Shown one piece after another: positions 24,116-32,975 of a stretch of DNA of 64,000 nucleotides (position 1 is its first letter; the number at the start of each line of letters is the position of its first letter). The notes beneath the pieces are model-generated. The model worked only from the letters and a program-made list of their open reading frames with translations, ran no database searches and was not told where the DNA came from. Source of the DNA: Pseudomarimonas sp. GTDB taxonomy: Bacteria; Pseudomonadota; Gammaproteobacteria; Xanthomonadales; Xanthomonadaceae. The stretch is taken from the NCBI GenBank assembly GCA_052390415.1, contig JBQTGY010000027.1, positions 2,485 through 66,484 of the forward strand, read 5' to 3'. A program made the position numbers and the translations under genes.

Positions 24116-25069
24116 ATGCCCTCCCGCCCCCACTACTACAAAGGCAACCGCATCAAGCAGCTGCGCGCGTTCTGTCACGCGGCGCGATTGGGTTCGGTGA
24201 CGCGCGCGGCGGAGGCCTTGTTCTTGAGCCAGCCGGCGGTCAGCCTGCAACTGGGTGCGCTGGAACGCGAACTGAAGGTGCGCCTGTTTGATCGCATCGG
24301 CCGGCGTTTGAGCATGACCCGCGAGGGCCAGGCGCTATACGAACTGGCACGGCCCTTGGTCGATGGCATCGATGGCATCGATGGCGAATTTCGCGGCCGT
24401 TTGAAAGGCATGGACGCCGGCGAACTCAACATTGCGGCGGGCTCATCCACGATCCTGTACTTGCTGCCGCCATTGGTGGCCGCGTTTCGCGAAGCCTATC
24501 CGCAGGTGCAACTGAAGTTGCACAACGTCACCGGCGTCGATGGCTTGGCGCGCATTCGATCCGATGAGGTCGATCTCGCCGTGGGTTCGATGCTCGATGT
24601 GCCCAATGACATCGACTATGCCGCCACGCATAGTTTTGATCCGATGTTGATCACCCCATTGGAACATCCGCTGGCCAAACGCTCGGCGCTGGCACTCACC
24701 GACATCTCGCCCTATGGCTTGATCCTGCCGCCCAAGCGTCTGACCACCTATCGCTTGGTCGATCTGGTGTTTCAACAGCGTCGCGTGCCTTACACCGTGG
24801 CGCTGGAAATCGGCGGCTGGGAAGTCATCAAACAATACGTCGCGATGGGCCTGGGCATCTCCATCGTCACCGGCATCTGCCTGACCGAAACCGACCGCAG
24901 CGTGCTCGCCATCCGCAACCTGCGCGAGTTCTTCCCACCGCGCAGCTACGGCATCGTCATCCGCAAAGGCAAATATCTGAGCCCACACGCACGCGCATTT
25001 GTGGACTTGGTGAAGCCGGAGTTGTTTACCCGCCGCGATTATTTTGAGGGTGGAGCGTCGGAGCGGTGA
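24116..25069 (+). CDS. LysR family transcriptional regulator
   Basis: The HTH region is IKQLRAFCHAARLGSVTRAAEALFLSQPAVSLQLGALE, followed by a LysR substrate-binding domain. Confidence 0.9.
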   Translation: MPSRPHYYKGNRIKQLRAFCHAARLGSVTRAAEALFLSQPAVSLQLGALERELKVRLFDRIGRRLSMTREGQALYELARPLVDGIDGIDGEFRGRLKGMDAGELNIAAGSSTILYLLPPLVAAFREAYPQVQLKLHNVTGVDGLARIRSDEVDLAVGSMLDVPNDIDYAATHSFDPMLITPLEHPLAKRSALALTDISPYGLILPPKRLTTYRLVDLVFQQRRVPYTVALEIGGWEVIKQYVAMGLGISIVTGICLTETDRSVLAIRNLREFFPPRSYGIVIRKGKYLSPHARAFVDLVKPELFTRRDYFEGGASER

Positions 25070-25121
25070 CGAGGCGCTCGGATTGGGGCATCACCGGAAT
25101 TCCACGGCCACCCGTACGACC

Positions 25122-26096
25122 TCAATTGCCGGCATTGGGAGCCGGCATGTCCGGAGTCGGAGACTTTGCGGTAGGCAGTGCGGCAGCGGTTGCCAGGCTG
25201 ATGACAGTCACCGCATCCCCGCGTTGCCGCAGCAAGGCCATGTGTTCAGTCTGCTTCCATAGTCGACCAGAGAAGCGACGCGAGACTCCGCCGACCGGCA
25301 CGTCAACAAACTCTTTCCGTTTAGCCGCTTCGGGAAACTCCTCTTCGGCCAAGGCCAAATTGAGCAGGGTCGTCACAGCCAAATGCATTTCCTTACGCAG
25401 GATCCTTGCGTCGTCGGCTGTCCAGTAAGCAATGGGCTCTTCGCCTTCTGGAACTACGGTGCCGACATAAACCAGGTCACGCACGCTGCGCACGCGATGC
25501 CGCTGGCGTGAGAGTTCGTAGCGGCGAGCACTGAATCCAATAATCAATTGACGATCATCAATCCCAAGCGCCACCAAGGGTCGCCGCACCTCGACTTCGG
25601 CGGACTGAATGATGAGTGCGTGCGGAGCGTCCACTTCGGCGCGCGCACGCTGCAGATGGCCCGGCGCGGCACGCAGCAACTCGACCGTTTTCGCGACCTG
25701 CAACCCGTGGCTTGCCAGTTCGTCTTGCAGGACCTGCCGCCACAGTTTGCGCAGCCACTCTTCCTGCTCAAGCACCTGTTTCAAATTGGCGAGCGGCGCA
25801 TTTCTGGCGCGTTGCTTGGCATCCTGCTGTGCACCCGCCACAACCAGGGCACCAAACGGTCCGCCGACCAGTTGCCCGGCGGAGAGTGCGGCTGAATTTC
25901 CCAGTGCCTTGCCGAGACTCGGGGGGGCCCACATTCGCGAGCCACCATCCAGTGCCTCGGGCTCGGCATTGGCCATCTGCAGTGATCCGTTGAGCTCACT
26001 GGCAGTCGAGTCGAGGAGTATCAAAATGGATTCGCCCGCTGGACAGGACGTGGACAGCACAAGGCAGAAAAGGATGAAGATGCAGCGCGAAAACAT
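25122..26096 (-). CDS. hypothetical exported or lipoprotein-like protein, orphan
   Basis: Start at MFSRCIFILFCLVLSTSC (26096). 324 aa with no recognisable motif. The sequence visibly has more A/T than its neighbours. Confidence 0.5.
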   Translation of the reverse strand: MFSRCIFILFCLVLSTSCPAGESILILLDSTASELNGSLQMANAEPEALDGGSRMWAPPSLGKALGNSAALSAGQLVGGPFGALVVAGAQQDAKQRARNAPLANLKQVLEQEEWLRKLWRQVLQDELASHGLQVAKTVELLRAAPGHLQRARAEVDAPHALIIQSAEVEVRRPLVALGIDDRQLIIGFSARRYELSRQRHRVRSVRDLVYVGTVVPEGEEPIAYWTADDARILRKEMHLAVTTLLNLALAEEEFPEAAKRKEFVDVPVGGVSRRFSGRLWKQTEHMALLRQRGDAVTVISLATAAALPTAKSPTPDMPAPNAGN

Positions 26097-26246
26097 CGGC
26101 CGACCGCCAGCGAAAAAGGGCGCGAAGTGTGACTGCTCATCCCGCATTGCACAACCGAATCGCGGCGTGAGCCGCAAACACACCTACGGCAGGATTGGGC
26201 TGCTCCCGTGCTCAGCGAGCGAACTCGGGTTGGCTCAGGCAAGTCC

Positions 26247-26283
26247 AAAAAACCTGTTGGCACGCCAGCGGCCTGCCAACAGG
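26247..26283 (-). terminator. strong rho-independent terminator (minus strand)
   Basis: On the minus strand CCTGTTGGCAGGCC-GCT-GGCGTGCCAACAGG forms a 14-bp stem with one mismatch, followed by TTTTTT. Confidence 0.7.
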
Positions 26284-26544
26284 CCGAGTCTTGAGTCCGT
26301 GCCACGCTGGCGTCGACATGGGTAGAAGACAAAAGCTCCTCGGGGGAGAGGGCAGCACCGGCTCAGACGCGCTGTAACGTGGTCAACGATAGGCGGGGCA
26401 TGCACTCATTTCGGTACGCCCACGCACACATCTCGGCAGCGGGCTGAGCAACCGTTCAACGCAGCCGAGCGAGTAGCGATGGGCTTTTCACAGGCGCTGC
26501 TGCACACACGCAGTGAATGCAACCCTTGCTTTGCACCGGCTGAC

Positions 26545-27162
26545 TCACACTCCGCGGTGTTTACCCCTATGCGGCGCGTAAATCGCGCGCAGGCGAGCAA
26601 GGTCGGCGTCGACGTCATCGGTCAATTCGACCAGCGGGCCGAGGCCAATGGTGCGGTCGGGGTAATGAAACCAGGCACACAACACCGGCACATCGGCGCG
26701 GCGGGCGATGTGCCAGAAACCGGTTTTCCAGCGGGCAACGTGACGGCGGGTGCCTTCGGGGGCAAGTGCAAACCACATGCGTTCGCTGCTCTGCATGCGG
26801 CCGGCGATTTGCTGCGCAATTCCACCCGGCGCCTTGCGATCAATCGGAATGCCGCCGAGCCAACGCAGTACCCAACCGACCGGGCCGATGAAGGCCTCGC
26901 GCTTGGCCATGAACACCAGTTCGATGCCCAAGGCCAACTTCACCGCCAGACCCCAGATCGCATCCCAAGCTGAGGAATGCGGGGCGGCGATGATGACCAG
27001 CCGCGGCAAGTCCGGAAACTCGCCAACCACGCGCCAGCCGCCGATGCGCAGAATGCCGCGACCCAGCGCCTTCGCGAAGGCACCTCTTCTTTTTGGTGCT
27101 TGCGGTGGCAAGTCCGGTAGCGGCGGTAGTGCGCCTTTCGCTGAGCCCGAGTTCGAACTCAT
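26545..27162 (-). CDS. lysophospholipid (1-acyl-sn-glycerol-3-phosphate-type) acyltransferase family protein
   Basis: It has the H-x4-D motif (HSSAWD) and PEGTR. 205 aa. Its start overlaps the arfB stop (ATGA). Confidence 0.75.
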   Translation of the reverse strand: MSSNSGSAKGALPPLPDLPPQAPKRRGAFAKALGRGILRIGGWRVVGEFPDLPRLVIIAAPHSSAWDAIWGLAVKLALGIELVFMAKREAFIGPVGWVLRWLGGIPIDRKAPGGIAQQIAGRMQSSERMWFALAPEGTRRHVARWKTGFWHIARRADVPVLCAWFHYPDRTIGLGPLVELTDDVDADLARLRAIYAPHRGKHRGV

Positions 27163-27587
27163 GGATCAGCGTCGGGAAAGCGCCCCGCGCGCTGACGTTT
27201 CACGGTGGCGCGCTCGCGCTTGCTGCTCAAGCGACGCTCCTTTGATGCTTTGGACGGTTTGGTCGCGACGCGCGGCTTGGGCGGCTTCAACACCGCGAGC
27301 AACAAGGTCAACAAGCGCTCGCGTGCGTCCTGGCGGTTGCGATCCTGAGTGCGATAACGCTGCGCCATCAGCACGATCACGCCTTCGTCGGTGATGCGCC
27401 GATCCCGCCGCGCCAACAAGCGCACGCGCATTGGCTCGGGCAACGATGGCGATTGCGTCACGTCAAAACGCAACTCAACCGCCGTCGATACCTTGTTGAC
27501 GTTCTGTCCACCCGGACCACTGGCACGCACAAAGCGTTCGACCAATTCGTCGTCAGGAATGGCGATGGATGGGGTGATGCGCAACAT
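27159..27587 (-). CDS. arfB: alternative ribosome-rescue factor ArfB (peptidyl-tRNA hydrolase, YaeJ)
   Basis: 142 aa with a GGQ motif (SGPGGQNVNKVSTAV) and a basic C-terminal tail. Confidence 0.92.
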   Translation of the reverse strand: MLRITPSIAIPDDELVERFVRASGPGGQNVNKVSTAVELRFDVTQSPSLPEPMRVRLLARRDRRITDEGVIVLMAQRYRTQDRNRQDARERLLTLLLAVLKPPKPRVATKPSKASKERRLSSKRERATVKRQRAGRFPDADP

Positions 27588-27620
27588 GGCGACGAGCTGG
27601 ACAGAAGCAGGACCCGAAGT

Positions 27621-28340
27621 CTAGCGCTGTATGGTGTCTGCCGCTGTGTCAGCGTCCGGAATCACCCAATCAAATAGCCCCATCGCCTTCGCGAACTCAC
27701 CCTCAGTCGGTGCCTCAACGGTTACCGCCGCGCCGCTTTCCGGATGCGGAAACTGCAAGCGCCACGCGTGCAACAACATGCGATGCACGCCGCGCATGCG
27801 GAACATGCGGTTGCGCAGCCCATCACCGTGGCTGGTATCGCCGATCAAATGATGGTCGACGTGTTTCAGGTGGCGGCGAATCTGGCGGAAACGACCGCTG
27901 AGTGGGCGTGCCTGCAGCAGCGAAAAACGCGATGTCTCGAAACCACCAGCGGGTTCGGGCAACTCGCCGGTTGCCAACACACTGAACTCGGTGGTCGCGG
28001 GTTTTTTCAGTGGTTTGCCGGGGCCACCGTCGAGTGGGTAATCGACGCTGAAGTTTGCAGCTGGCCAACCGCGACAGACCACCAGATAGTCCTTCTGGAT
28101 GGCGTGCGCCATCAGCGATTTGCCTAACGCGCTGGCGGCCTCACGATCAAACGCCAGCAGCAGACAACCGCTGGTCGCCCGATCCAGTCGATGCACCAGG
28201 AAGATCGGCTTGCCGAATTGCTCGCGCAATTGATCAGCGGCGAAATCCGTTTCGCCGCGCGCCAGTTTGCTGTCGTGGACCATCAAGCCAGCGGGTTTGG
28301 CGACGACGGCAAAGCGCTCCTCGAGCCGCAGGATTTCCAC
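27621..28340 (-). CDS. truC: tRNA pseudouridine synthase C-like (RluA family)
   Basis: VAKPAGLMVHDS...LVHRLDRATSGCLLLA contains the catalytic Asp motif HRLD. Length and layout resemble TruC. Confidence 0.75.
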   Translation of the reverse strand: MEILRLEERFAVVAKPAGLMVHDSKLARGETDFAADQLREQFGKPIFLVHRLDRATSGCLLLAFDREAASALGKSLMAHAIQKDYLVVCRGWPAANFSVDYPLDGGPGKPLKKPATTEFSVLATGELPEPAGGFETSRFSLLQARPLSGRFRQIRRHLKHVDHHLIGDTSHGDGLRNRMFRMRGVHRMLLHAWRLQFPHPESGAAVTVEAPTEGEFAKAMGLFDWVIPDADTAADTIQR

Positions 28341-28341
28341 C

Positions 28342-30873
28342 TCAGCCAGCGGCGATGGCGGCGAAACGTTTGGCTTGATCGGTCAAACCCAGCGCGCTGT
28401 AGGTCGTTGCCAAGCGCTCTGCGACATCACGTGTGCGTTTGTGTTGCGCGCCCATGCTTTTCTCCAGAATCGGAAATGCCGCTTCCAGCAGCGGCCGCGC
28501 CAACGCCGGCTTGCCCGCCTTGTTCAAGCTGTCGCCATAGTTGCTGCGAAAGATGGCGACGTAGGCGTGATCCTCGGGAAGGGCGGCCAGCGCCGCCTTC
28601 AACAGGATGTCGAACTGACTCAAGCCCTCCTCAAACTGACCCTTGCGGGTAAGCAACATGGCGAGGTTGTTGCGTGTCGCCAGCAGCTCCGAGTCAATCG
28701 ATTCGCCAGCTTCCAGGCGGGCATTCTGCAGCGCCAGGATGCGTCGATGCAGGGCCTCGGCTTCATCCAGTTGACCCAGGTCTTCGAGCAGATAGGCCAG
28801 CGAGTTCTGCGCCATCTGGGTGCGCGGATGTTCGGCGCCGAAGACACGTTCGGTGACTTCAGCCGTACCCCGGATCAGCGGCTCGGCCTCGGCGTGCCGC
28901 GTTTGTTGGATCAGCAAGTTGGCAAGGTTTTGCGTGGTGGCAAGCGTCGACAAATGTTCGGGACCCAACACCCGCTGACGAGCCTTGAGCACGCTGCGGA
29001 ACTCGGCTTCGGCTTCGGCGTCGCGGCCTTGTAGTTGAATGGCGGCGGCCAGATTGTTGCGGGTGAACAAGGTCTGCGGATGGTCTTCGCCATGCCGCGC
29101 CGCGCGGATGGTGCGCAGTTCGCGCAACATCGATTCCGACTCGGCAAACGCACTGGTGGTGCGCAGCGCGCTGGCCAGATTGTGGCGCGCCGCAATACCA
29201 ATTTCCGGATCGAGCTGGGGATTGGCATCGCTGACCGCTTTCACCTCGCGGAAGGCTTGCAGTCCTTCGTCATTGCGTCCCAGGCCAAGCAAGGCGCGAC
29301 CTCGCGCCAGTTGCATGTGCAGCCGCTGCTCGTTGAGCGCCGACCGCTGCGTCGTCGCCTTGAGTATCGCTTCGGCTTCGGCCAAGGCTTCGTCGTTGCG
29401 ACCGGCATCCAACCAGGTGGTGAGCAGGCCCAGCCGCATGTCCATGGAAACCTCGTCGTTGCCTTGAGGGGTGAGCGCAAAGGCTTCCGCATAGAGCTTC
29501 TCGGCGCGATCCAGCTCGCCGATGCTGCGGTACGTCGTTGCCAAGGTGCCCTTGATCTGCGCCTGCACGGCAGGCTGCTCACTCAAGGTGGCCGACGCGC
29601 TATCGGCCGCGCCATCGAGTGCTTGTCGCAAGGTCAACTGATTGCCCAGGCTGCGTTCGGGATCAGCGCTGGTCAGCATGTCGATCAGGAAGCGCGACAC
29701 CGCTTCGTTGGATTCGGCACGCGCCACCGCCTCGCGCCTGGCTTGCGCTTCGGCAATCGCAAAATGCAGTGACACGCCGACCGCCGCCAGCAAGCTGAGC
29801 AGGACGACGGCAGCGGCCGCCGTGGCAATCCGATGGCGCCGAAAGAACTTGCCAGTGAGGTAGGTCGCGGTGGCCGGTCGCGCGAGAATCGGGCGGTTTT
29901 CGAGATAGCGTTCGATGTCGTCGGCGAAGTCGCCGGCGCTCTGATAACGACGGTCGCGATCGGTTTCCAGCGCCTTCATCACCAGCGTATCGACGTCGCC
30001 TGCAAGCTCTGGACGGCGCTTGGCCAACGCACGTGGCGGTTGCTCGGAAACGATCCTCGCGGCCTCGATCAACGAGGTGTTTTGCAGAGCGTGCGGGTAC
30101 TCGCCGCTCAGCAACTCATAGAGGATCACACCCAGCGCATACACATCGCTGCGTTGATCGACCCGCCGGGTATCGCCGCCGATCTGCTCGGGACTCATGT
30201 AACTCAAGGTGCCTACCAACTCGCCCATCTGGGTCAGCCGCTGCGGGTCGGACTCTTCGCCCAACGCCAAGGCGATGCCGAAGTCGAGTACACGTGGCTG
30301 ACCATCTGCACCAACGAGCACGTTGCCGGGTTTCAGATCGCGATGGACCACGCCGCGCACATGCGCGTGATGCACGGCGCGCGCCACGTGCGCCACCAAC
30401 TGCAAGCGCGTGCGGTCATTGGCGCTGGTTTGTTGGCAGTGCTCACGCAGGCTGGTGCCATCCACGTATTCCATGGCCAGATACGGAATGCGGGCGCTCG
30501 CAGTCGGATGTTCACCGGCATCAAAGATGCGCGCGATGCCGGGATGTTCGAGCTGGCCCAGAAACTCTGCCTCGCGGCGAAAACGCTCGCTCAACTCGGA
30601 CGAAAAGTGGCCGCTGCGCATCAGCTTCAATGCCACCAACCGACGCGGTCGTTGCTGCTCAGCCAGATACACCGTTCCCATGCCGCCCTCACCCAGCAGG
30701 CGCAAGGGCACGTAAGGGCCGATCTGTTCGGGCAGCGAATTGACTGCTGCCGCCGACGCGGCGCCTTGCCCGTCGGCCGCCGGCGAACTGATCATCGTGT
30801 CGTTTTCGTCAGCACCGACAGGCTCGCGCGGCGCATCGGTGGGACGTGAGTGCTCAGGCAGATCGGGTTGCAC
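28342..30873 (-). CDS. serine/threonine protein kinase with TM segment and C-terminal TPR array
   Basis: The Hanks kinase motifs are present: GEGGMGTVY, VALK, HRDLKPGN, DFG and SPE. One TM helix is followed by many TPR-like repeats. Confidence 0.88.
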   Translation of the reverse strand: MQPDLPEHSRPTDAPREPVGADENDTMISSPAADGQGAASAAAVNSLPEQIGPYVPLRLLGEGGMGTVYLAEQQRPRRLVALKLMRSGHFSSELSERFRREAEFLGQLEHPGIARIFDAGEHPTASARIPYLAMEYVDGTSLREHCQQTSANDRTRLQLVAHVARAVHHAHVRGVVHRDLKPGNVLVGADGQPRVLDFGIALALGEESDPQRLTQMGELVGTLSYMSPEQIGGDTRRVDQRSDVYALGVILYELLSGEYPHALQNTSLIEAARIVSEQPPRALAKRRPELAGDVDTLVMKALETDRDRRYQSAGDFADDIERYLENRPILARPATATYLTGKFFRRHRIATAAAAVVLLSLLAAVGVSLHFAIAEAQARREAVARAESNEAVSRFLIDMLTSADPERSLGNQLTLRQALDGAADSASATLSEQPAVQAQIKGTLATTYRSIGELDRAEKLYAEAFALTPQGNDEVSMDMRLGLLTTWLDAGRNDEALAEAEAILKATTQRSALNEQRLHMQLARGRALLGLGRNDEGLQAFREVKAVSDANPQLDPEIGIAARHNLASALRTTSAFAESESMLRELRTIRAARHGEDHPQTLFTRNNLAAAIQLQGRDAEAEAEFRSVLKARQRVLGPEHLSTLATTQNLANLLIQQTRHAEAEPLIRGTAEVTERVFGAEHPRTQMAQNSLAYLLEDLGQLDEAEALHRRILALQNARLEAGESIDSELLATRNNLAMLLTRKGQFEEGLSQFDILLKAALAALPEDHAYVAIFRSNYGDSLNKAGKPALARPLLEAAFPILEKSMGAQHKRTRDVAERLATTYSALGLTDQAKRFAAIAAG

Positions 30874-30949
30874 TGGGAGAATTCCGCTTTGAAACGTTGA
30901 GGAGAGGATTGCGGCGGCGCGGGATGCGAAGTGCTGAATCCTTCATGCC

Positions 30950-31498
30950 TCAGAAATTCGGCTTGTCCGGCTCGTCGTTGAAGCGCGTGATCGACTCGCT
31001 GATGATGCGTTTGGCGTCCGCCGCATCACCCCAACCATTGAGCTTCACCCACTTGCCCTTCTCCAGATCCTTGTAATGTTCGAAGAAGTGGCCGATGCGC
31101 TCCAGCCAATGGCTGGACACCTGGCCGATGTCGTGGATGTGCGCGTAACCGGCGAATACCGAGTCGATCGGCACGGCCAACACTTTCTCGTCACCACCGG
31201 CCTCATCGACCATGTTCAACACACCCACCGGACGGCAACGGATCACCGCGCCCGGAATCAACGGCAGCGGCAGGATCACCAGTACATCGACGGGATCGCC
31301 ATCGCCACACAACGAGTGCGGCACATAGCCGTAGTTGCAGGGATAGCGCATCGGTGTCGACAAAATCCGATCAACGAAAATGGCCCCGGTGGCCTTGTCG
31401 ACCTCGTACTTGACCGGCTCGGCGTCTTTGGGGATTTCGATGACGACATTGATTTCGTCAGGCACCGCACGGCCCGAAGGCACCAGATCCAGACCCAT
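30950..31498 (-). CDS. ppa: inorganic pyrophosphatase (family I)
   Basis: 182 aa with VVIEIPK...KYEVDK...DRIL...YGYVP...GDGDPVDVLV. Confidence 0.95.
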   Translation of the reverse strand: MGLDLVPSGRAVPDEINVVIEIPKDAEPVKYEVDKATGAIFVDRILSTPMRYPCNYGYVPHSLCGDGDPVDVLVILPLPLIPGAVIRCRPVGVLNMVDEAGGDEKVLAVPIDSVFAGYAHIHDIGQVSSHWLERIGHFFEHYKDLEKGKWVKLNGWGDAADAKRIISESITRFNDEPDKPNF

Positions 31499-31644
31499 GA
31501 TTCACTCCTGTCGATCAAACACCGTTGAGCAAACGGAACCCGCGTTCCGCCGAGGCTGAAAAGCATACGCGAGGCATCCTGAGCCGACACTCCAGCGGCG
31601 GTCAGGGCGGGTGCAATCAGCGCCGCGCTTTGCACCCTGCCACA

Positions 31645-32916
31645 CTAGGCACCCAGCCACCGCTGCAAATGAGCTGCCACCTCGGCACTGCTCAACAAAT
31701 CAAAATGATCGTGGTCATACACCGTCACCCGGTGTGCCGCAGGCACCTTCAATTCCCGGCTGGGATCGGCATCCACGCCCAGTGCGCTGTCGACCGGCAC
31801 CAGACCGTCTCCCGCTGGCCGCTTGCCGATGTCAGCGGTGGTTTGCCGACTTGCCGCCACTAGAAACAGGTCAAGATCTGGCGGCAGCACGGCGGTGGTT
31901 GCCACATCATCGACCACCCGGCCATGGCGCAAGTCCTGAATGCCGGCACTTCGAATCATGCCCAAGCGGGCAAACGGCGCGCTGTAGGGACTGAAGCCGA
32001 GCAGCATGTCGACCTTGTTGCCGGCGCGTTCCAGTGGTGAACCCAGATGCGGCGTGCCCAGGCAAATCAGACTCTTCAGCTTGGCTAGCCAACTCCGATG
32101 TGCAGTCGCGCCATAGTGGATCGCACTGCGCGCGACCAAGCCGCCCATGCTGTGTCCGAGCAGGACGATCTCATCGACCGGCAGCGGCCAAGCGGCAAGC
32201 AGATCGTCAATGGCAGCGGCCAACTGACGGCCGTTGTCGGCGACTTTCAAGCCTGAGTTGTAGCGCAGATAGATCGGCGTGTAACCGAGTGATGTCAGCG
32301 CCGCACCATGATCGTGACCCGCGCGAAACCACTGGCGGTCGTTCATGCACAGGCCGTGGATCAGCAGTACCAGTTTGTTGGTGGAAGCGGCGGGAGCGCC
32401 ACCGTCGGCTGCGCGCGGAGCAAAGGCGCGACCATCGGATCGCCATTCCATGCGGATCGCCAACGCATTGCCACTGGCCTGCAGATAGTCACCCAACACG
32501 CCATTCAATGCCGCCAATGTCGCCTCACGCGCGACCGGCGGCAGCGGTTGTTTGTCCAACAGCGGCGCCAAGCGTCTCAACGACACATCCAAGCCCACAC
32601 CCACCGCGCGGGTGATCCCGCGCACGCTGCGATACACCAACCCGCTGATCCCGCTGGCAGGACCCACCCGCGGCGCTCCGATGGGCGGTGCCAACGAGGC
32701 AATGGTTCGATGCATGTCCTCGACGATATCGGTCACTCCGGTGACCGCGTCGATGACCAGCTGGCTGGCACCGTGCAGATCGCGACCTAGGCCACTGGAG
32801 GGGTTGGATGGATTCTTGATGAAGTGCTCCCATTTTTGGAGGATCAAGCGCGAAGAACATAGCACTGGTGCTCTCGCCACAACCCATTTGCGTAGTCGAG
32901 GGAAGGACGGGGTCAA
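31645..32916 (-). CDS. alpha/beta hydrolase (PGAP1/lipase-like)
   Basis: LVLLIHGLCMND and the nucleophile elbow GHSMGG are present. The start is uncertain: 32916 is TTG, and later in-frame GTG/TTG codons exist. Confidence 0.7.
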   Translation of the reverse strand: MTPSFPRLRKWVVARAPVLCSSRLILQKWEHFIKNPSNPSSGLGRDLHGASQLVIDAVTGVTDIVEDMHRTIASLAPPIGAPRVGPASGISGLVYRSVRGITRAVGVGLDVSLRRLAPLLDKQPLPPVAREATLAALNGVLGDYLQASGNALAIRMEWRSDGRAFAPRAADGGAPAASTNKLVLLIHGLCMNDRQWFRAGHDHGAALTSLGYTPIYLRYNSGLKVADNGRQLAAAIDDLLAAWPLPVDEIVLLGHSMGGLVARSAIHYGATAHRSWLAKLKSLICLGTPHLGSPLERAGNKVDMLLGFSPYSAPFARLGMIRSAGIQDLRHGRVVDDVATTAVLPPDLDLFLVAASRQTTADIGKRPAGDGLVPVDSALGVDADPSRELKVPAAHRVTVYDHDHFDLLSSAEVAAHLQRWLGA

Positions 32917-32946
32917 CTTGCAGACGCGACATTGCTGGGGTAGTTT

Positions 32947-32973
32947 GCTTAAAATGTTTACAACACTTTAAGC
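32947..32973. promoter_or_regulatory. inverted repeat abutting the fic start codon
   Basis: GCTTAAA-N13-TTTAAGC lies in an AT-rich spacer and ends 2 nt before the ATG at 32976. Confidence 0.3.
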
Positions 32974-32975
32974 AA

